A stretch of 64,000 bases of DNA from an uncultured Desulfosarcina sp. (GTDB lineage Bacteria; Desulfobacterota; Desulfobacteria; Desulfobacterales; Desulfosarcinaceae): the NCBI GenBank assembly GCA_963674945.2, contig CAXXWQ010000003.1, forward strand, positions 96,001 to 160,000, read 5' to 3'. The notes beneath the pieces are model-generated. The model searched no databases, was not told where the DNA came from, and was given only the letters and a program-made list of their open reading frames with translations. Both the position numbers and the translations under genes were made by a program. The first letter of the stretch is position 1; the number at the start of each line of letters is the position of its first letter. This document shows, piece by piece, positions 29,423 through 40,036 of the stretch.

Positions 29423-29829
29423 GCGCCGGTAAAGGTGGACCATGCTGGACTGGAGGACACACTGGGCCGAAGCAAGTGTCGGGTGGAGCGAGTCTCCTGC
29501 CGAATCTGTCAAACAATCGATTGACATGGCGAACAAGGCTGCGGCGATCGATAACACCCTTCCTGATGCCCATTCTCTCTGGAGCAATATCTTGGTCCCG
29601 CGGGCTTAATTCCGGACGAGTGGAAGGTAAAAATCGTGGAATTTTTGTGACGTTCTTTTCAGGATTTCCAATCCCTCATCGGCTCTTCCCTATATTGCCC
29701 TTCAGGGCTTTTCCTTGGGAAGAACCTACTATCACATTATCGTCTCGCCGTACCGATCCGAACCTCTTTGGATCGGAAGGACAGCGCCCTATGTTTTATT
29801 ATCGCTAATTATCGGGGAGTTATATCAAC

Positions 29830-32277
29830 ATGAAACTGCGCAGTATTCTGCTCGTTCTGTCGGTACTGGCATTCTTATCTGCTTCAACAGGTGGATATCT
29901 TTACTATTTGTCCTTAAAGGAGGCTGCGGTTAAGGAAGCCGACAGGCAGGCGCTAACCAATGTTGAAATGATCACAAGGAATCTTTCGTTTTTTCTGTCC
30001 GAATATATAAAACCGGTCAGGACGCTGGCAGGTATGTCTGCGCTCACAGATGTCCTGCTTCAAAGGGATGATGCATTTCTTGCAGCATCAAACAATGTAT
30101 TGGATCATTTCAAAGAAACCTTGGATGTGGAAGTCTGTTATTTAATGGATCAGCTGGGAAATACAATCGCCTCCAGCAACCGCAACGATCCGGATAGCTT
30201 TTTGGGGAACAATTTCGGCTTTCGTCCGTACTTCCAGCAAGCCATGGATGGTGCCCCTTCCACATACCTCGCCCTCGGAACGACATCGAGCAGACGCGGT
30301 GTTTACTTCAGTCATCCGATATACGAAACAGGTAGGGATGCACCGGTTGGTGTCGTGGTCATCAAGGCATCTATCGAACTCATTGAAAAAGAGTTGTTTT
30401 CCGGCATAGATGAAATAGTAATGCTGGCCGACCCGTTAGGGGTAGTTTTCATATCGAACAAACAAAACTGGCTGTACCATACGCTGGAAAAACTGTCTGG
30501 ACGTGATACGGCCAGAATTGCCAGATCTCAGCAGTTTGGAAGCGGGCCATGGAAATGGACCGGTCTTCGTCAAATTGATAAAAACCATATGAGTGATTCC
30601 GATGAAAACGAATACCTGATGCATATGATCGGTATTGATAATTACCCCGGATGGCATGTTCTTTATCTGAGCAACCTCGAAGATATTTATAAAAAGGTCG
30701 TCGATCCGCTTATCAGAACCACCGGCCCCATCATCTTGATATTATGCGTTTTGATCGGCTTGTCGGTATTATCCCTCTTCAGGAAGGCGAGTCATGAAAT
30801 CCATCGGCGCAAGGCGGTTGAAAGAACACTGCGTGAGAGTGAAGAGCGCTATCGCAATATCTATCACAATGCACCGGCGATGCTGCATTCAATCAATAGA
30901 GGAGGCAATCTTGTCAGGGTGAGTGACCACTGGCTTACCGCGCTCGGCTACACCCGAGATGAAGTCATTGGGAAAAGGCTAGTCCGCTTCTTGTCTGAAG
31001 AATCGGGCCTTTATGTCCAGGAAACAATTATGCCTGAATTTTTCAGAACGGGATTTGCCAAAGATGTCCCCTTTCGGTTTGTAAAAAAAAGCGGGGCTAC
31101 CATTGATGCACTCGTTTCCGCTATCGGTGAACGGGACGAACAGGGTAATGTCGTTCGTTCTTTGGCAGTATCGGTCGATATCACCGAACGCAAACAGGCC
31201 GAAAAGGCCCTTAGACTTGCCAAGGAAAAGTTGGCGGGTTACTCTAGAGAATTAGAAGAGCAGGTCAGGATGCGAACCAGAGAGATCTCAAGTATACTCG
31301 CATACACCCCGGCCGTCGTTTACATGAAAGATACGGATGGTCGGTATATTTTAATCAATCCCCGTTTCGAAGAATTGTTCGGCATCACCAATGAAGAGAT
31401 CCGCGGAAAAACCGATGAAGACATTTTTCCAAATGAGTTTGCTGCGATCATCCGTAGCAACGACCTCAAAGTCCTGGCCAATAAACGATCATGTCAGGTA
31501 GAGGAGCATATCCCCCAGAAAGACGGTGTCCGTATTTATCTCTCTGTCAAATTTCCTATCTATGAAGATTCCGATACACCAAAAATTTGCGGAATTTCAA
31601 CAGATATCACGGATGTTAAGAAAGCGCAGAATCAACTCAAACGACTTTCGGGTGCCATCATCGACAGTCAGGAAAAAGAGCGTTCCATTATCGCCAGAGA
31701 ACTTCACGATGAACTGGGGCAAATACTCACTGCCTTGCATATGGATTCGGCTTGGATTCAAAGTCGCCTCAAGACAACAAATCCCGAAGCTTCGCAGCGA
31801 GCACAGAGCATGTGCGATCTGATCGACGATTCCATTGAATCCGTCCGCAGCATAGCAACACGCTTGCGGCCAAGCGTGCTCGACAGCTTAGGCCTCGTTG
31901 ATGCCCTGGAATGGTATACCACCGATTTTGAAAGACGAACCAATATTACCTGTGTATTCAAGCATGAAAGCATTCCAATCATCGATGATGCCTTGGCCAC
32001 GGCGGCGTACCGAATAACCCAAGAGGCGCTCACCAATGTTGCCCGTCATGCCGATGCCGGCAAGGTGGAAGTAATGCTGAATTACGGGCAAAACCGGTTG
32101 ATCCTTTCGGTTGTTGATAATGGTTGCGGATTCAAAACCGAGATTCTGTCGGATTCCGAAGGTCTTGGTGTGGCCGGCATGCGCGAACGTGCCGGCCTGG
32201 CCGGCGGCGTCCTTGAAGTTGAATCCCAACCGGATCAGGGAACCCGTATCCATTTCAAAGTGCCCTTTGAACATTGA
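29830..32277 (+). CDS. Sensor histidine kinase (DctB-like dCache, two PAS, HisKA_3, HATPase)
   Basis: GNNFGFRPYF Cache motif, ERSIIARELHDELGQ H-box, QEALTNVARH, DNGCGF. Confidence 0.93.
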   Translation: MKLRSILLVLSVLAFLSASTGGYLYYLSLKEAAVKEADRQALTNVEMITRNLSFFLSEYIKPVRTLAGMSALTDVLLQRDDAFLAASNNVLDHFKETLDVEVCYLMDQLGNTIASSNRNDPDSFLGNNFGFRPYFQQAMDGAPSTYLALGTTSSRRGVYFSHPIYETGRDAPVGVVVIKASIELIEKELFSGIDEIVMLADPLGVVFISNKQNWLYHTLEKLSGRDTARIARSQQFGSGPWKWTGLRQIDKNHMSDSDENEYLMHMIGIDNYPGWHVLYLSNLEDIYKKVVDPLIRTTGPIILILCVLIGLSVLSLFRKASHEIHRRKAVERTLRESEERYRNIYHNAPAMLHSINRGGNLVRVSDHWLTALGYTRDEVIGKRLVRFLSEESGLYVQETIMPEFFRTGFAKDVPFRFVKKSGATIDALVSAIGERDEQGNVVRSLAVSVDITERKQAEKALRLAKEKLAGYSRELEEQVRMRTREISSILAYTPAVVYMKDTDGRYILINPRFEELFGITNEEIRGKTDEDIFPNEFAAIIRSNDLKVLANKRSCQVEEHIPQKDGVRIYLSVKFPIYEDSDTPKICGISTDITDVKKAQNQLKRLSGAIIDSQEKERSIIARELHDELGQILTALHMDSAWIQSRLKTTNPEASQRAQSMCDLIDDSIESVRSIATRLRPSVLDSLGLVDALEWYTTDFERRTNITCVFKHESIPIIDDALATAAYRITQEALTNVARHADAGKVEVMLNYGQNRLILSVVDNGCGFKTEILSDSEGLGVAGMRERAGLAGGVLEVESQPDQGTRIHFKVPFEH

Positions 32278-32320
32278 CATCCGAATAGTATGAAACCTAC
32301 TATCTTATTGGGAGTACGTA

Positions 32321-32959
32321 ATGATCAAAGTTTTATTGGCGGATGACCATAGTCTTGTTCGCGCCGGTCTCCGGCGTCTTATTGAAGAATGCAAAGATAT
32401 GGAAGTGGTAACCGAAGCAACCGATGGCAGAGAAGCGATTAAGAAAGCTCGGGAGAATTTACCTGATGTTGCCGTCATTGATATTTCCATGCCGGGTATG
32501 GATGGATTGGAAGCCATCCGTCAGCTTCTCAACTCTTATCCGAACTTACCGATCCTCGTTTTAACCATGTACGAAGAAGAGCAATTTGTGGTTCGTGCGA
32601 TTGAAGCGGGCGCCATGGGATATATAACCAAAAAGTCAGCACCGGAGAAGCTCGTTAAAGCCATCCGCATGGTGCATACGGGCCAGCGTTATTTGGATTC
32701 CGGAGCTGCCGAATTGCTTGCGCTCAGGATCGCCAGGGGGGCAAATGGCAAAACTGCGCTGGATTCTTTGTCCACCAGAGAGCTTCAGGTGCTCAGGAAA
32801 TTAGCCCAGGGCCGGACCAACCGTGAAATCGCAGAAGCCTACTGCATCAGCGTTAAAACGGTCGACACCTATCGATACCGCCTTTTAAAGAAACTTAATT
32901 TACGAAACAATGCCGAACTGTCGCGTTTTGCCATCCAAAACCGTCTGATTGAATCGTGA
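32321..32959 (+). CDS. NarL/UvrY-family response regulator
   Basis: LADDH, DISMPGMDG, LuxR HTH LSTRELQV...KTVDTYR. Confidence 0.94.
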   Translation: MIKVLLADDHSLVRAGLRRLIEECKDMEVVTEATDGREAIKKARENLPDVAVIDISMPGMDGLEAIRQLLNSYPNLPILVLTMYEEEQFVVRAIEAGAMGYITKKSAPEKLVKAIRMVHTGQRYLDSGAAELLALRIARGANGKTALDSLSTRELQVLRKLAQGRTNREIAEAYCISVKTVDTYRYRLLKKLNLRNNAELSRFAIQNRLIES

Positions 32960-33246
32960 CATCATCACAATCAGAAGGCACTTCCTTTGTAAGAAAAACT
33001 ACTACAACAAAATCAGAAATAGTCCAATTGATCGCCCCTTTTTGTTCTGTTAGTGTCAGATACGCTAATCAGAATATCGCATGAGTCCGCGGCGTAATCC
33101 GGATCTTTCCCGAACAGCGATGCAACCATTACTCTATTAGCAGTCACGATACATCGCATGAGAATGGAAAAATGAGTTTCTTTCGTAATACCGTTTGGTC
33201 ATCTATGGCCTGGAAAAGATTTTTACGAAGTGTGCAGGGAGGTTCC

Positions 33247-34449
33247 ATGAAATCATTAGGCAAACTCATCGGCTGCTTTCTTATCTCGATGCTTTGCAAT
33301 GGAGTTATTACTACCGGTGAAATTTGTGAGGCTTCTGAACCGCTGGTTGTTGGCATACTCCATTCGGAAGCATATACTTATGCAACAATGATGAAAAACT
33401 CATTTGAGATGGCCGAAACGGTCGTGAATAGCCAAGGCGGCATCAAGGGCCGTCCGCTCAAACTTGTGTACGCAAACGATCAGGGTAACCAGAGGCAAGG
33501 TGAAAAAGCCGTTGCGGATCTGGTGAAAAAAACCAAGGCCGTCATGCTGGTAGGAGCGTATCAAAGCAGTAATACCATCCACATGGCCAGAGTGGCCAAT
33601 AAACTTGACAAGCCGCTTCTCGTTTGTACGGCTGCCGATGACCGTATTACCCAACGGAAATGGCAAAACGTTTATCGGCTGAATCCTCCCGCCAAAGGCT
33701 ATACCAATGGGTTGGAAGATCTCTTTCTGAAAAAAATCAAACCGAAATCCATGGCCATCGTTTACGAAAACAGTCCCTATGGCACCGGTGTTGCGGAACG
33801 AATGATGTGGTTCTGCCGGGAGAACGATATCGATATAACTGCCATCGAGCCCTATCACAAAGAAAGGCTTCGAGAAGACTATTTCCAAAAAATTGTCGAT
33901 CGATTGAAAGAGGAACCACCCGATGTGATATATATGGTATCCTACCTCAAGGATGCGGCGTTACTGGTCAAAACGATCCGACAGTCAAATCTGAACTCCT
34001 TGCTGGTGGGTAGTGCCGGCGGTTTTACGAGTCAGAAGTTCATCGATACGGCCGGAAACGATGCAACGCATCTGTTGACCGCAACACTGTGGACGCCCTG
34101 TTTGAAGTATCCGGGTGCAAAGGCCTACTATGACCTATATATTGAAAAATATGCCTCGCCACCAGACTATCATGGCGCCGAGGCTTACTCAGCCCTGTTG
34201 GTTGCAGCCGATGTATTGAAACGGACTGATTCATATGATGCGGCGAGTATCCGCAGGGCCCTGGACAACACCCACCTGATCACTCCTTTCGGACCGGTCC
34301 AGTTTATATCCTACGAAAAATTTGAGAGACAGAATCGTCTGCCCGCGCAGGTTCTGCAAATTATCGACGGCAAATTCGAGTGTGTATGGCCTGAAACCCT
34401 TGCAGTTTCAAGTTTCATCCCGCCATCCGACTGGCGTGTCGCTGATTAG
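33247..34449 (+). CDS. LivK-type (branched-chain amino acid family) periplasmic binding protein
   Basis: NSQGGIKGRPLKLVYAND, GAYQSS, TPFGPVQF; GGAGG RBS before ATG 33247. Confidence 0.88.
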   Translation: MKSLGKLIGCFLISMLCNGVITTGEICEASEPLVVGILHSEAYTYATMMKNSFEMAETVVNSQGGIKGRPLKLVYANDQGNQRQGEKAVADLVKKTKAVMLVGAYQSSNTIHMARVANKLDKPLLVCTAADDRITQRKWQNVYRLNPPAKGYTNGLEDLFLKKIKPKSMAIVYENSPYGTGVAERMMWFCRENDIDITAIEPYHKERLREDYFQKIVDRLKEEPPDVIYMVSYLKDAALLVKTIRQSNLNSLLVGSAGGFTSQKFIDTAGNDATHLLTATLWTPCLKYPGAKAYYDLYIEKYASPPDYHGAEAYSALLVAADVLKRTDSYDAASIRRALDNTHLITPFGPVQFISYEKFERQNRLPAQVLQIIDGKFECVWPETLAVSSFIPPSDWRVAD

Positions 34450-34550
34450 AAAATAGGACATGCCGCGCCCATTGGAAGGAGGTGGTTGAACAATCAACAG
34501 CTATTATAGAAAAAATCACTTTTATACGTATATTTTATAGGAGATTTATA

Positions 34551-35525
34551 ATGAAAAACAGATTTTTCATCATAGTTGTAAGCGTTTGCGCGGCATTCGC
34601 GCTGACCATTGCCTTCGCGACCGAATCACATGCCCGTAAAAAACGTATCATTTTCGGTGGGGGGCCGGCCGGTGGAACATTTCAGGTAGTAGCCAACGGC
34701 ATTCAGGTATATGGCCCTGTGAAAGCGATGGAAGAAATTAGCGTAAAAGCGCAAACCTCCGCCGGTTCAGTGGAAAACCTGCGAAAGACGAATGCCGGCC
34801 GCCAACAGATGAGTGTGGTCTATTCCGGGCATGTCTGGCTGGGCCGAAACGGCATGATGAAAGGCGACAAAAAGAAATATGAAAATGTGCTGGCCGTGGC
34901 CTGGTTGTATGGTGCGCCGGCACAGTTGGTGGTTCGACAAAGCGCGGGTATCAAAAGCGTCAAAGATCTGGTTGGAAAAAAGGTGGGTGTCGGCAATGCC
35001 GGCTCCGGCGCCTTTGCCAATTGCGAGCTGTTCTTCAGCCATATGGGCGTCTGGGATAAGATTGAGCGCAATGCCATGGGGTATAACGATGCCGCCGCCG
35101 CCTTTGGGAACCGGCAGTTGGATGCCTTCTGGCTGTTTACGGCGTTCCCCAGCGGTGCGGTCATTATGGCGGCCCAAACGAATAAAATTAATCTGATTGA
35201 CCTGGGGGCGGATGCCGAAGAATCTGGATTTTTCAAGAAATATCCATATTTTGGAAAACTTTCTGTTCCAGTCGGCACTTACAGGGGTGTCGATACCAAC
35301 ATACCTTCATTCCAGGATAGTGCCCTGTGGGTGGCCAATTCCAAGACTCCTGCGGATGTCGTTTACAAGCTTCTTTCAACGATTTACACGGATGAAGGCC
35401 TCAAACACATGGTCAGCCAGAAAAAAACCTTTAAAAATATGAGCCTGGACACCGGCGCCACCAATATCGTCACGCCGTTTCATCCCGGAGCCACACAGTT
35501 CTGGAAGGAGAAAGGCAAGATGTAA
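34551..35525 (+). CDS. TAXI-family TRAP solute-binding protein
   Basis: GGPAGGTF, TSAGSVEN, VGNAGSGA, PFHPGA motifs; AGGAG RBS. Confidence 0.92.
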   Translation: MKNRFFIIVVSVCAAFALTIAFATESHARKKRIIFGGGPAGGTFQVVANGIQVYGPVKAMEEISVKAQTSAGSVENLRKTNAGRQQMSVVYSGHVWLGRNGMMKGDKKKYENVLAVAWLYGAPAQLVVRQSAGIKSVKDLVGKKVGVGNAGSGAFANCELFFSHMGVWDKIERNAMGYNDAAAAFGNRQLDAFWLFTAFPSGAVIMAAQTNKINLIDLGADAEESGFFKKYPYFGKLSVPVGTYRGVDTNIPSFQDSALWVANSKTPADVVYKLLSTIYTDEGLKHMVSQKKTFKNMSLDTGATNIVTPFHPGATQFWKEKGKM

Positions 35526-35600
35526 GGATGATCTCCAAATTCGTTGGGGTAAAAGGACGGGATAAAGGCCTAAGGAAATTTCAAATATGGGGGTAAAAAA

Positions 35601-37331
35601 GTGTACGAAAAGTTAAATAAATTTGAAAAAATCGTATTTGATGTCCTATCCGTCTGTCTCGTCCTTTTTTACTCCTATTCGGCTGTATTACAACCCGCCT
35701 CGACGCAGTATCATCGTGGGATTTACGTCATCATTACCTATGTCCTCGTTTTTCTGCTCTACAAATCAAGGCATAAGCTGCTGCGAATACTCGACTATGT
35801 GCTCATTTTTCTTTCCATTTTCTGCATCGGATACTGGATACTCAATTTCGAAGCCATCAACTACCGCACAGGAGCGGAGACGCCCTTCGACATGGCCGTG
35901 GCCATCGTCGGGGTGCTGATCGGCATCGAACTGGCCCGACGGGTGGTGGGCAATGTATTTGTTATCATTGGCGTGGTGATGCTGGCTTACGGGGTCTATG
36001 GTGATTATGCCCCCGAGCTTTTTTCCCATGCGGGCGATACCTTTCCGGGGGTGTGTACCAGCATTTTCTATAAAAGCGACGGTGTATTCGGCATTATGGC
36101 CAATGTACTGGCGACCTATGTGATTTTGTTTGTGCTTTTCGGAGCCTTTTTGGAAAAATCCGGAGCCCAGCGGTTTTTTATCGATTACCCTTTGGCCGCT
36201 GTCGGGCACCGAATCGGAGGCCCGGCAAAAGTCTCCGTTATCGCCAGTGGTCTGTTCGGCTCCATTTCCGGCAGCGCCATTGCCAACACGGTTTCCACCG
36301 GGGCATTCACCATACCCATGATGAAAAAAGCCGGATTCAAACCGCATATTGCCGGCGGTATCGAACCAGCGGCCTCCATTTCAGGAATGTTTATGCCCCC
36401 GATCATGGGTGCCGGCGGTTTTATTATGGCGGAACTCACCGGTGTCCCCTATTCCAAAATCATGCTGGTGGCCATTTACCCTGCCATTATGTATGTTTTC
36501 AGCGTATTCATTATGGTGCATTACGAGGCCAAGAAGCATAATATCAGGGGAGAAAAGAGTGAGCACAGTGCCAGCCAGATCCTCAAAACAGAGTGGTACT
36601 ATACCTTGCCGCTGGTCATCATTACCTTTCTCATGCTGGCAGGCTTCTCGCCGGGTTACTCGGCCATTTTGGGCATCGTCACCTGTATCGTCATCAGCTG
36701 GTTCAAAAAAGATACGCGCATTACCCCCAAACGATTCGTGGAAGCGTCCCGGGCAGGCACTGAAAATGGCCTCAAAATCGGTGCCACGGTGGGAGTCATC
36801 GGCATCATCATTGGCGTGCTCACCTTTAGCGGTTTGGTGCTCACCTTTGCCGATATCGTTATCGAACTGGCCGGTGGATCTTTGCTGCTAACCATTGTAT
36901 TGATTGCCCTGGCATCGCTGGTGCTGGGAATGGGCGTACCGGTTACCGCCGCCTATCTGATCACCGCGGTCGTTGCCGTGCCGGCCCTGATCCATCTCGG
37001 CGTAAATGAGATCGCGGCCCATATGATCGTATACTGGCTTTCGCAGGATTCCAATATTACCCCGCCGGTATGCATCGCTGCTTTTGCAGGCGCCACCATC
37101 GCCAAAGCCAATATGTGGAAAACCGCTTGGGCTTCGTTCAAGTTTGCCAAATTCCTGTATCTGGGACCGATTCTATTCGGCTATGTCCCTGGTTTCTCCC
37201 TGGACGGTAGCGCCTGGGATATCGCAAAGGCCTTTGTGTTGATTCTCTTCGGCACCTACCTCTACTCCTATATATTGAGCGGAATATGGTTTAAATATTT
37301 AAAGCGGTCTAAGAAAGAAGCCACTGTCTGA
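35601..37331 (+). CDS. TRAP transporter fused permease (TAXI type)
   Basis: GGPAKVSV, GSISGSAIAN, MPPIMGAGGF, ITPPV; highly hydrophobic. Confidence 0.93.
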   Translation: MYEKLNKFEKIVFDVLSVCLVLFYSYSAVLQPASTQYHRGIYVIITYVLVFLLYKSRHKLLRILDYVLIFLSIFCIGYWILNFEAINYRTGAETPFDMAVAIVGVLIGIELARRVVGNVFVIIGVVMLAYGVYGDYAPELFSHAGDTFPGVCTSIFYKSDGVFGIMANVLATYVILFVLFGAFLEKSGAQRFFIDYPLAAVGHRIGGPAKVSVIASGLFGSISGSAIANTVSTGAFTIPMMKKAGFKPHIAGGIEPAASISGMFMPPIMGAGGFIMAELTGVPYSKIMLVAIYPAIMYVFSVFIMVHYEAKKHNIRGEKSEHSASQILKTEWYYTLPLVIITFLMLAGFSPGYSAILGIVTCIVISWFKKDTRITPKRFVEASRAGTENGLKIGATVGVIGIIIGVLTFSGLVLTFADIVIELAGGSLLLTIVLIALASLVLGMGVPVTAAYLITAVVAVPALIHLGVNEIAAHMIVYWLSQDSNITPPVCIAAFAGATIAKANMWKTAWASFKFAKFLYLGPILFGYVPGFSLDGSAWDIAKAFVLILFGTYLYSYILSGIWFKYLKRSKKEATV

Positions 37332-37381
37332 TTGATTTTTTGATTTCAGACATTTTCCCTTGTGTATGAAGAGGCGTAGAA

Positions 37382-37915
37382 ATGGCACTACCAAAAATTG
37401 AGGTCAAAAAAATATTGTATGCGACGGACCTTTCTGAAAATGCCCGCTTTGCGTTTGCATACGCAGTGAGCCTGGCCAAACTTTACGGTGCAAACATCAC
37501 CCTGCTACATATACTGCCGGAAGGTTCGGAACTGATGGAAAAGCACATCATCGGATATATTGATCCCGGCAAATGGGAGGAGATAAAGACGCGGCATTTC
37601 GATGAAGCCCGCAAGGCGCTTATCGGGAAACGTAGAGACCATCTGGCCGTCAGAGAGGTGCTGCATCATTTCAGTGAGAAATCAATGAAATCCGAAGACA
37701 ACGAAGGAATTGGCTCAGGCGAAATCATTGTGGAAAGAGGAAATCCGGTCGAAGAAATCATTAATCAGTCTAGGAAGCAAAATTGTGATCTGATTGTGAT
37801 GGGTACCCACGGACACGGCACGCTGGAAGATGCGATGATTGGAAACACAGCACGGCGTGTGATTCGGCGTTCCAAAATACCGGTCCTGGTGGTGAGATTG
37901 CCGGAAGAATATTAG
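37382..37915 (+). CDS. Universal stress protein
   Basis: KILYATDLS, DLIVMGTHG, IPVLVV; typical TRAP-associated USP. Confidence 0.92.
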   Translation: MALPKIEVKKILYATDLSENARFAFAYAVSLAKLYGANITLLHILPEGSELMEKHIIGYIDPGKWEEIKTRHFDEARKALIGKRRDHLAVREVLHHFSEKSMKSEDNEGIGSGEIIVERGNPVEEIINQSRKQNCDLIVMGTHGHGTLEDAMIGNTARRVIRRSKIPVLVVRLPEEY

Positions 37916-38889
37916 ATGATTTCACGTATGGCTGATATCAGATTCTCCTCATTTGGGATATAGAAAGTTTCCAGAGGCGGACTGGATGGGACGGGGATGT
38001 CCGGTCCCGCTACTCGCTTCAAAGGCGCTTTCAGACTTGACAATGCCTCCTCCATGACGATTGCCGAGATCTCGCCGGCGAATCCTCCCGTGCGGTTCGC
38101 CTCATGGATCACAACCAGACGTCCGGTTTTTCGAACCGATGCGAGTATGGGCTCTCTGTCCAGTGGCGCCAACGTACGCACATCCACGATTTCTACGTCC
38201 ACGCCCTCCTGCGAGAGTTGATCGGCCGCTCTCATCGCCACACCCACCATGCTGGACCATGCGACTACGGTGACGTCTTTTCCCTGTCGTTTCACGTCAG
38301 CCTTGCCGATGGGAAGGAGAAACTCCTCCTCCGGAACCGGCCCCGGTTGAAAGTAAAGCCCCATGTTTTCGATGAATATGACGGGGTTGTCATCCCGAAT
38401 GGCGGACTTGAGCAGACCTTTGGCATCGGCCGGCGTCGAAGGCATCACCACCTTCAGACCCGGACAGTGCGCCGCCCAGGCTTCCAGATTATGCGAGTGT
38501 TGACACCCGGCCCCGTGGCCTGATCCATTTTTCATGCGCACGACTAGGGGAAACCTCGACTTTCCGCCGGAAAGGTATCTGAGCTTTGCGGCATGATTTA
38601 CGATCATGTCCGATGCGAGAGTGAAAAAGGGGTTAAACATGATTTCGACCACGGGCCTCAAACCTGCGGCGGCGGCCCCGACAGCCAGCCCAGCGATGGC
38701 CGCTTCCGATACCGGCGTGTCTTTCACTCTTTCCGGACCGAACTCTTTCAGCAATCCAAATGTAGGGAGCATTGGACTTTCCATGATGCCGACGCCGACA
38801 CCTTCGCCGGCGATGAATACACCGGAGTCCCTTTTCATTTCCTCTCTGAGGGCTTGATTGACAGCTTGTCCCATTCCTAATTGATTCAT
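37912..38889 (-). CDS. 2-oxoacid/acetoin dehydrogenase E1 beta subunit
   Basis: DTPVSEAAIAG, RPVVEIMF, QHSHNLE, TLAPLD. Confidence 0.93.
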   Translation of the reverse strand: MNQLGMGQAVNQALREEMKRDSGVFIAGEGVGVGIMESPMLPTFGLLKEFGPERVKDTPVSEAAIAGLAVGAAAAGLRPVVEIMFNPFFTLASDMIVNHAAKLRYLSGGKSRFPLVVRMKNGSGHGAGCQHSHNLEAWAAHCPGLKVVMPSTPADAKGLLKSAIRDDNPVIFIENMGLYFQPGPVPEEEFLLPIGKADVKRQGKDVTVVAWSSMVGVAMRAADQLSQEGVDVEIVDVRTLAPLDREPILASVRKTGRLVVIHEANRTGGFAGEISAIVMEEALSSLKAPLKRVAGPDIPVPSSPPLETFYIPNEENLISAIREII

Positions 38890-38936
38890 GGCGTTTTATC
38901 ACTTATTTATTGGTTTTTGGTGTCTGGATCTCTCAA

Positions 38937-39899
38937 TTAAACAAAGACGTCTTCCAACGCTTCCTCCGGATTTGGATAAGGGCTCTCCTCCGCGAATCGC
39001 ACAGCGTCTTCCACAATCTGGTTGACTTCCGCGTTCATCTTCTCGAGCTCTTTTTCGCTGATCAGCCCCTCGGCGAGCGCCTCGTCTCGCAGTCTCGGGA
39101 TTGGACATTTTTCCACCCATGCTGCGATCTCTTCCTTGGGTTGATAAAGCTGGGAATCGGCCTCACCGTGTCCATGGCAACGATACGTCTTGCATTCGAT
39201 CAGCGTCGGGCCCGCGCCGGAAACCGCCCGATTCCTTGCTTTGCATGCGACTTTGTAAACCGCCGTCGCGTCATTGCCGTCGACAATCTCTCCCGGCATG
39301 GCATAGGCAACGGCTCTGTCGGCGATATCTTTTACTTTGGTGTGCTCCTCAAGCCGTTGGGCGCCCGCATAAAGGTTATTTTCACAAACAAATATCACAG
39401 GAAGGTTCCAGAGGCTCGCAAGATTCAACGCTTCATGGAAAGAGCCTTCGTCTGCGGAGCCGTCTCCGAAGAAGCAGACCGTCACGCTATCCTCCTTCCG
39501 ATAATGTTGGGCGAAGGCCGTCCCAACGGAAATGGGAAGTCCACCACCCACCACGGTTGTCGTGCACAGGGCGTTGACTTCCGGTGCCGCGAGATGCAGC
39601 GTGCCGCTCTTCCCTTTGTTACAGCCCGTTTTCTTTCCGTAAATCTCGGCCATAAGGGTTTTGGGATCGGCACCTTTGGCCAGAAGATGGTTATGGCTCC
39701 TGTGGTTTGAAACGATGATATCCTGCGGCGCGAGAGCGGCGCAAACGCCTGATCCCACAGCCTCCTGTCCCGTGCACAGGATCATCATCCCGGGAATTTT
39801 ACCCTGAATTTTGCATAGTGCCGTCAGTTTATCTTCGAATTGACGGGAGAGGAGCATTGACCGAAGCATTTCGACTTTTTTCTCTTTGGTGACTTGCAT
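38937..39899 (-). CDS. 2-oxoacid/acetoin dehydrogenase E1 alpha subunit (TPP)
   Basis: GQEAVG, HRSH, FFGDGS...CENN TPP motif, TYRCHGH. Confidence 0.93.
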   Translation of the reverse strand: MQVTKEKKVEMLRSMLLSRQFEDKLTALCKIQGKIPGMMILCTGQEAVGSGVCAALAPQDIIVSNHRSHNHLLAKGADPKTLMAEIYGKKTGCNKGKSGTLHLAAPEVNALCTTTVVGGGLPISVGTAFAQHYRKEDSVTVCFFGDGSADEGSFHEALNLASLWNLPVIFVCENNLYAGAQRLEEHTKVKDIADRAVAYAMPGEIVDGNDATAVYKVACKARNRAVSGAGPTLIECKTYRCHGHGEADSQLYQPKEEIAAWVEKCPIPRLRDEALAEGLISEKELEKMNAEVNQIVEDAVRFAEESPYPNPEEALEDVFV

Positions 39900-40036
39900 G
39901 ATTCTTCCTAGTAAGAAAAATTGTTTGATAAAATGTCGCCCTGTAGTAAAAACATTCCAGCGCAATTCTGTTCTTCGGAAATTTTATTACGTGGAAACGC
40001 ACCCAAGTAGTATGATCGAGCCATTGTAAGCATCGG

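Noticed and set aside
29507..29526. TGTCAA-N8-TTGACA palindrome
   Set aside because: Single copy about 300 bp from the next start; could be chance.
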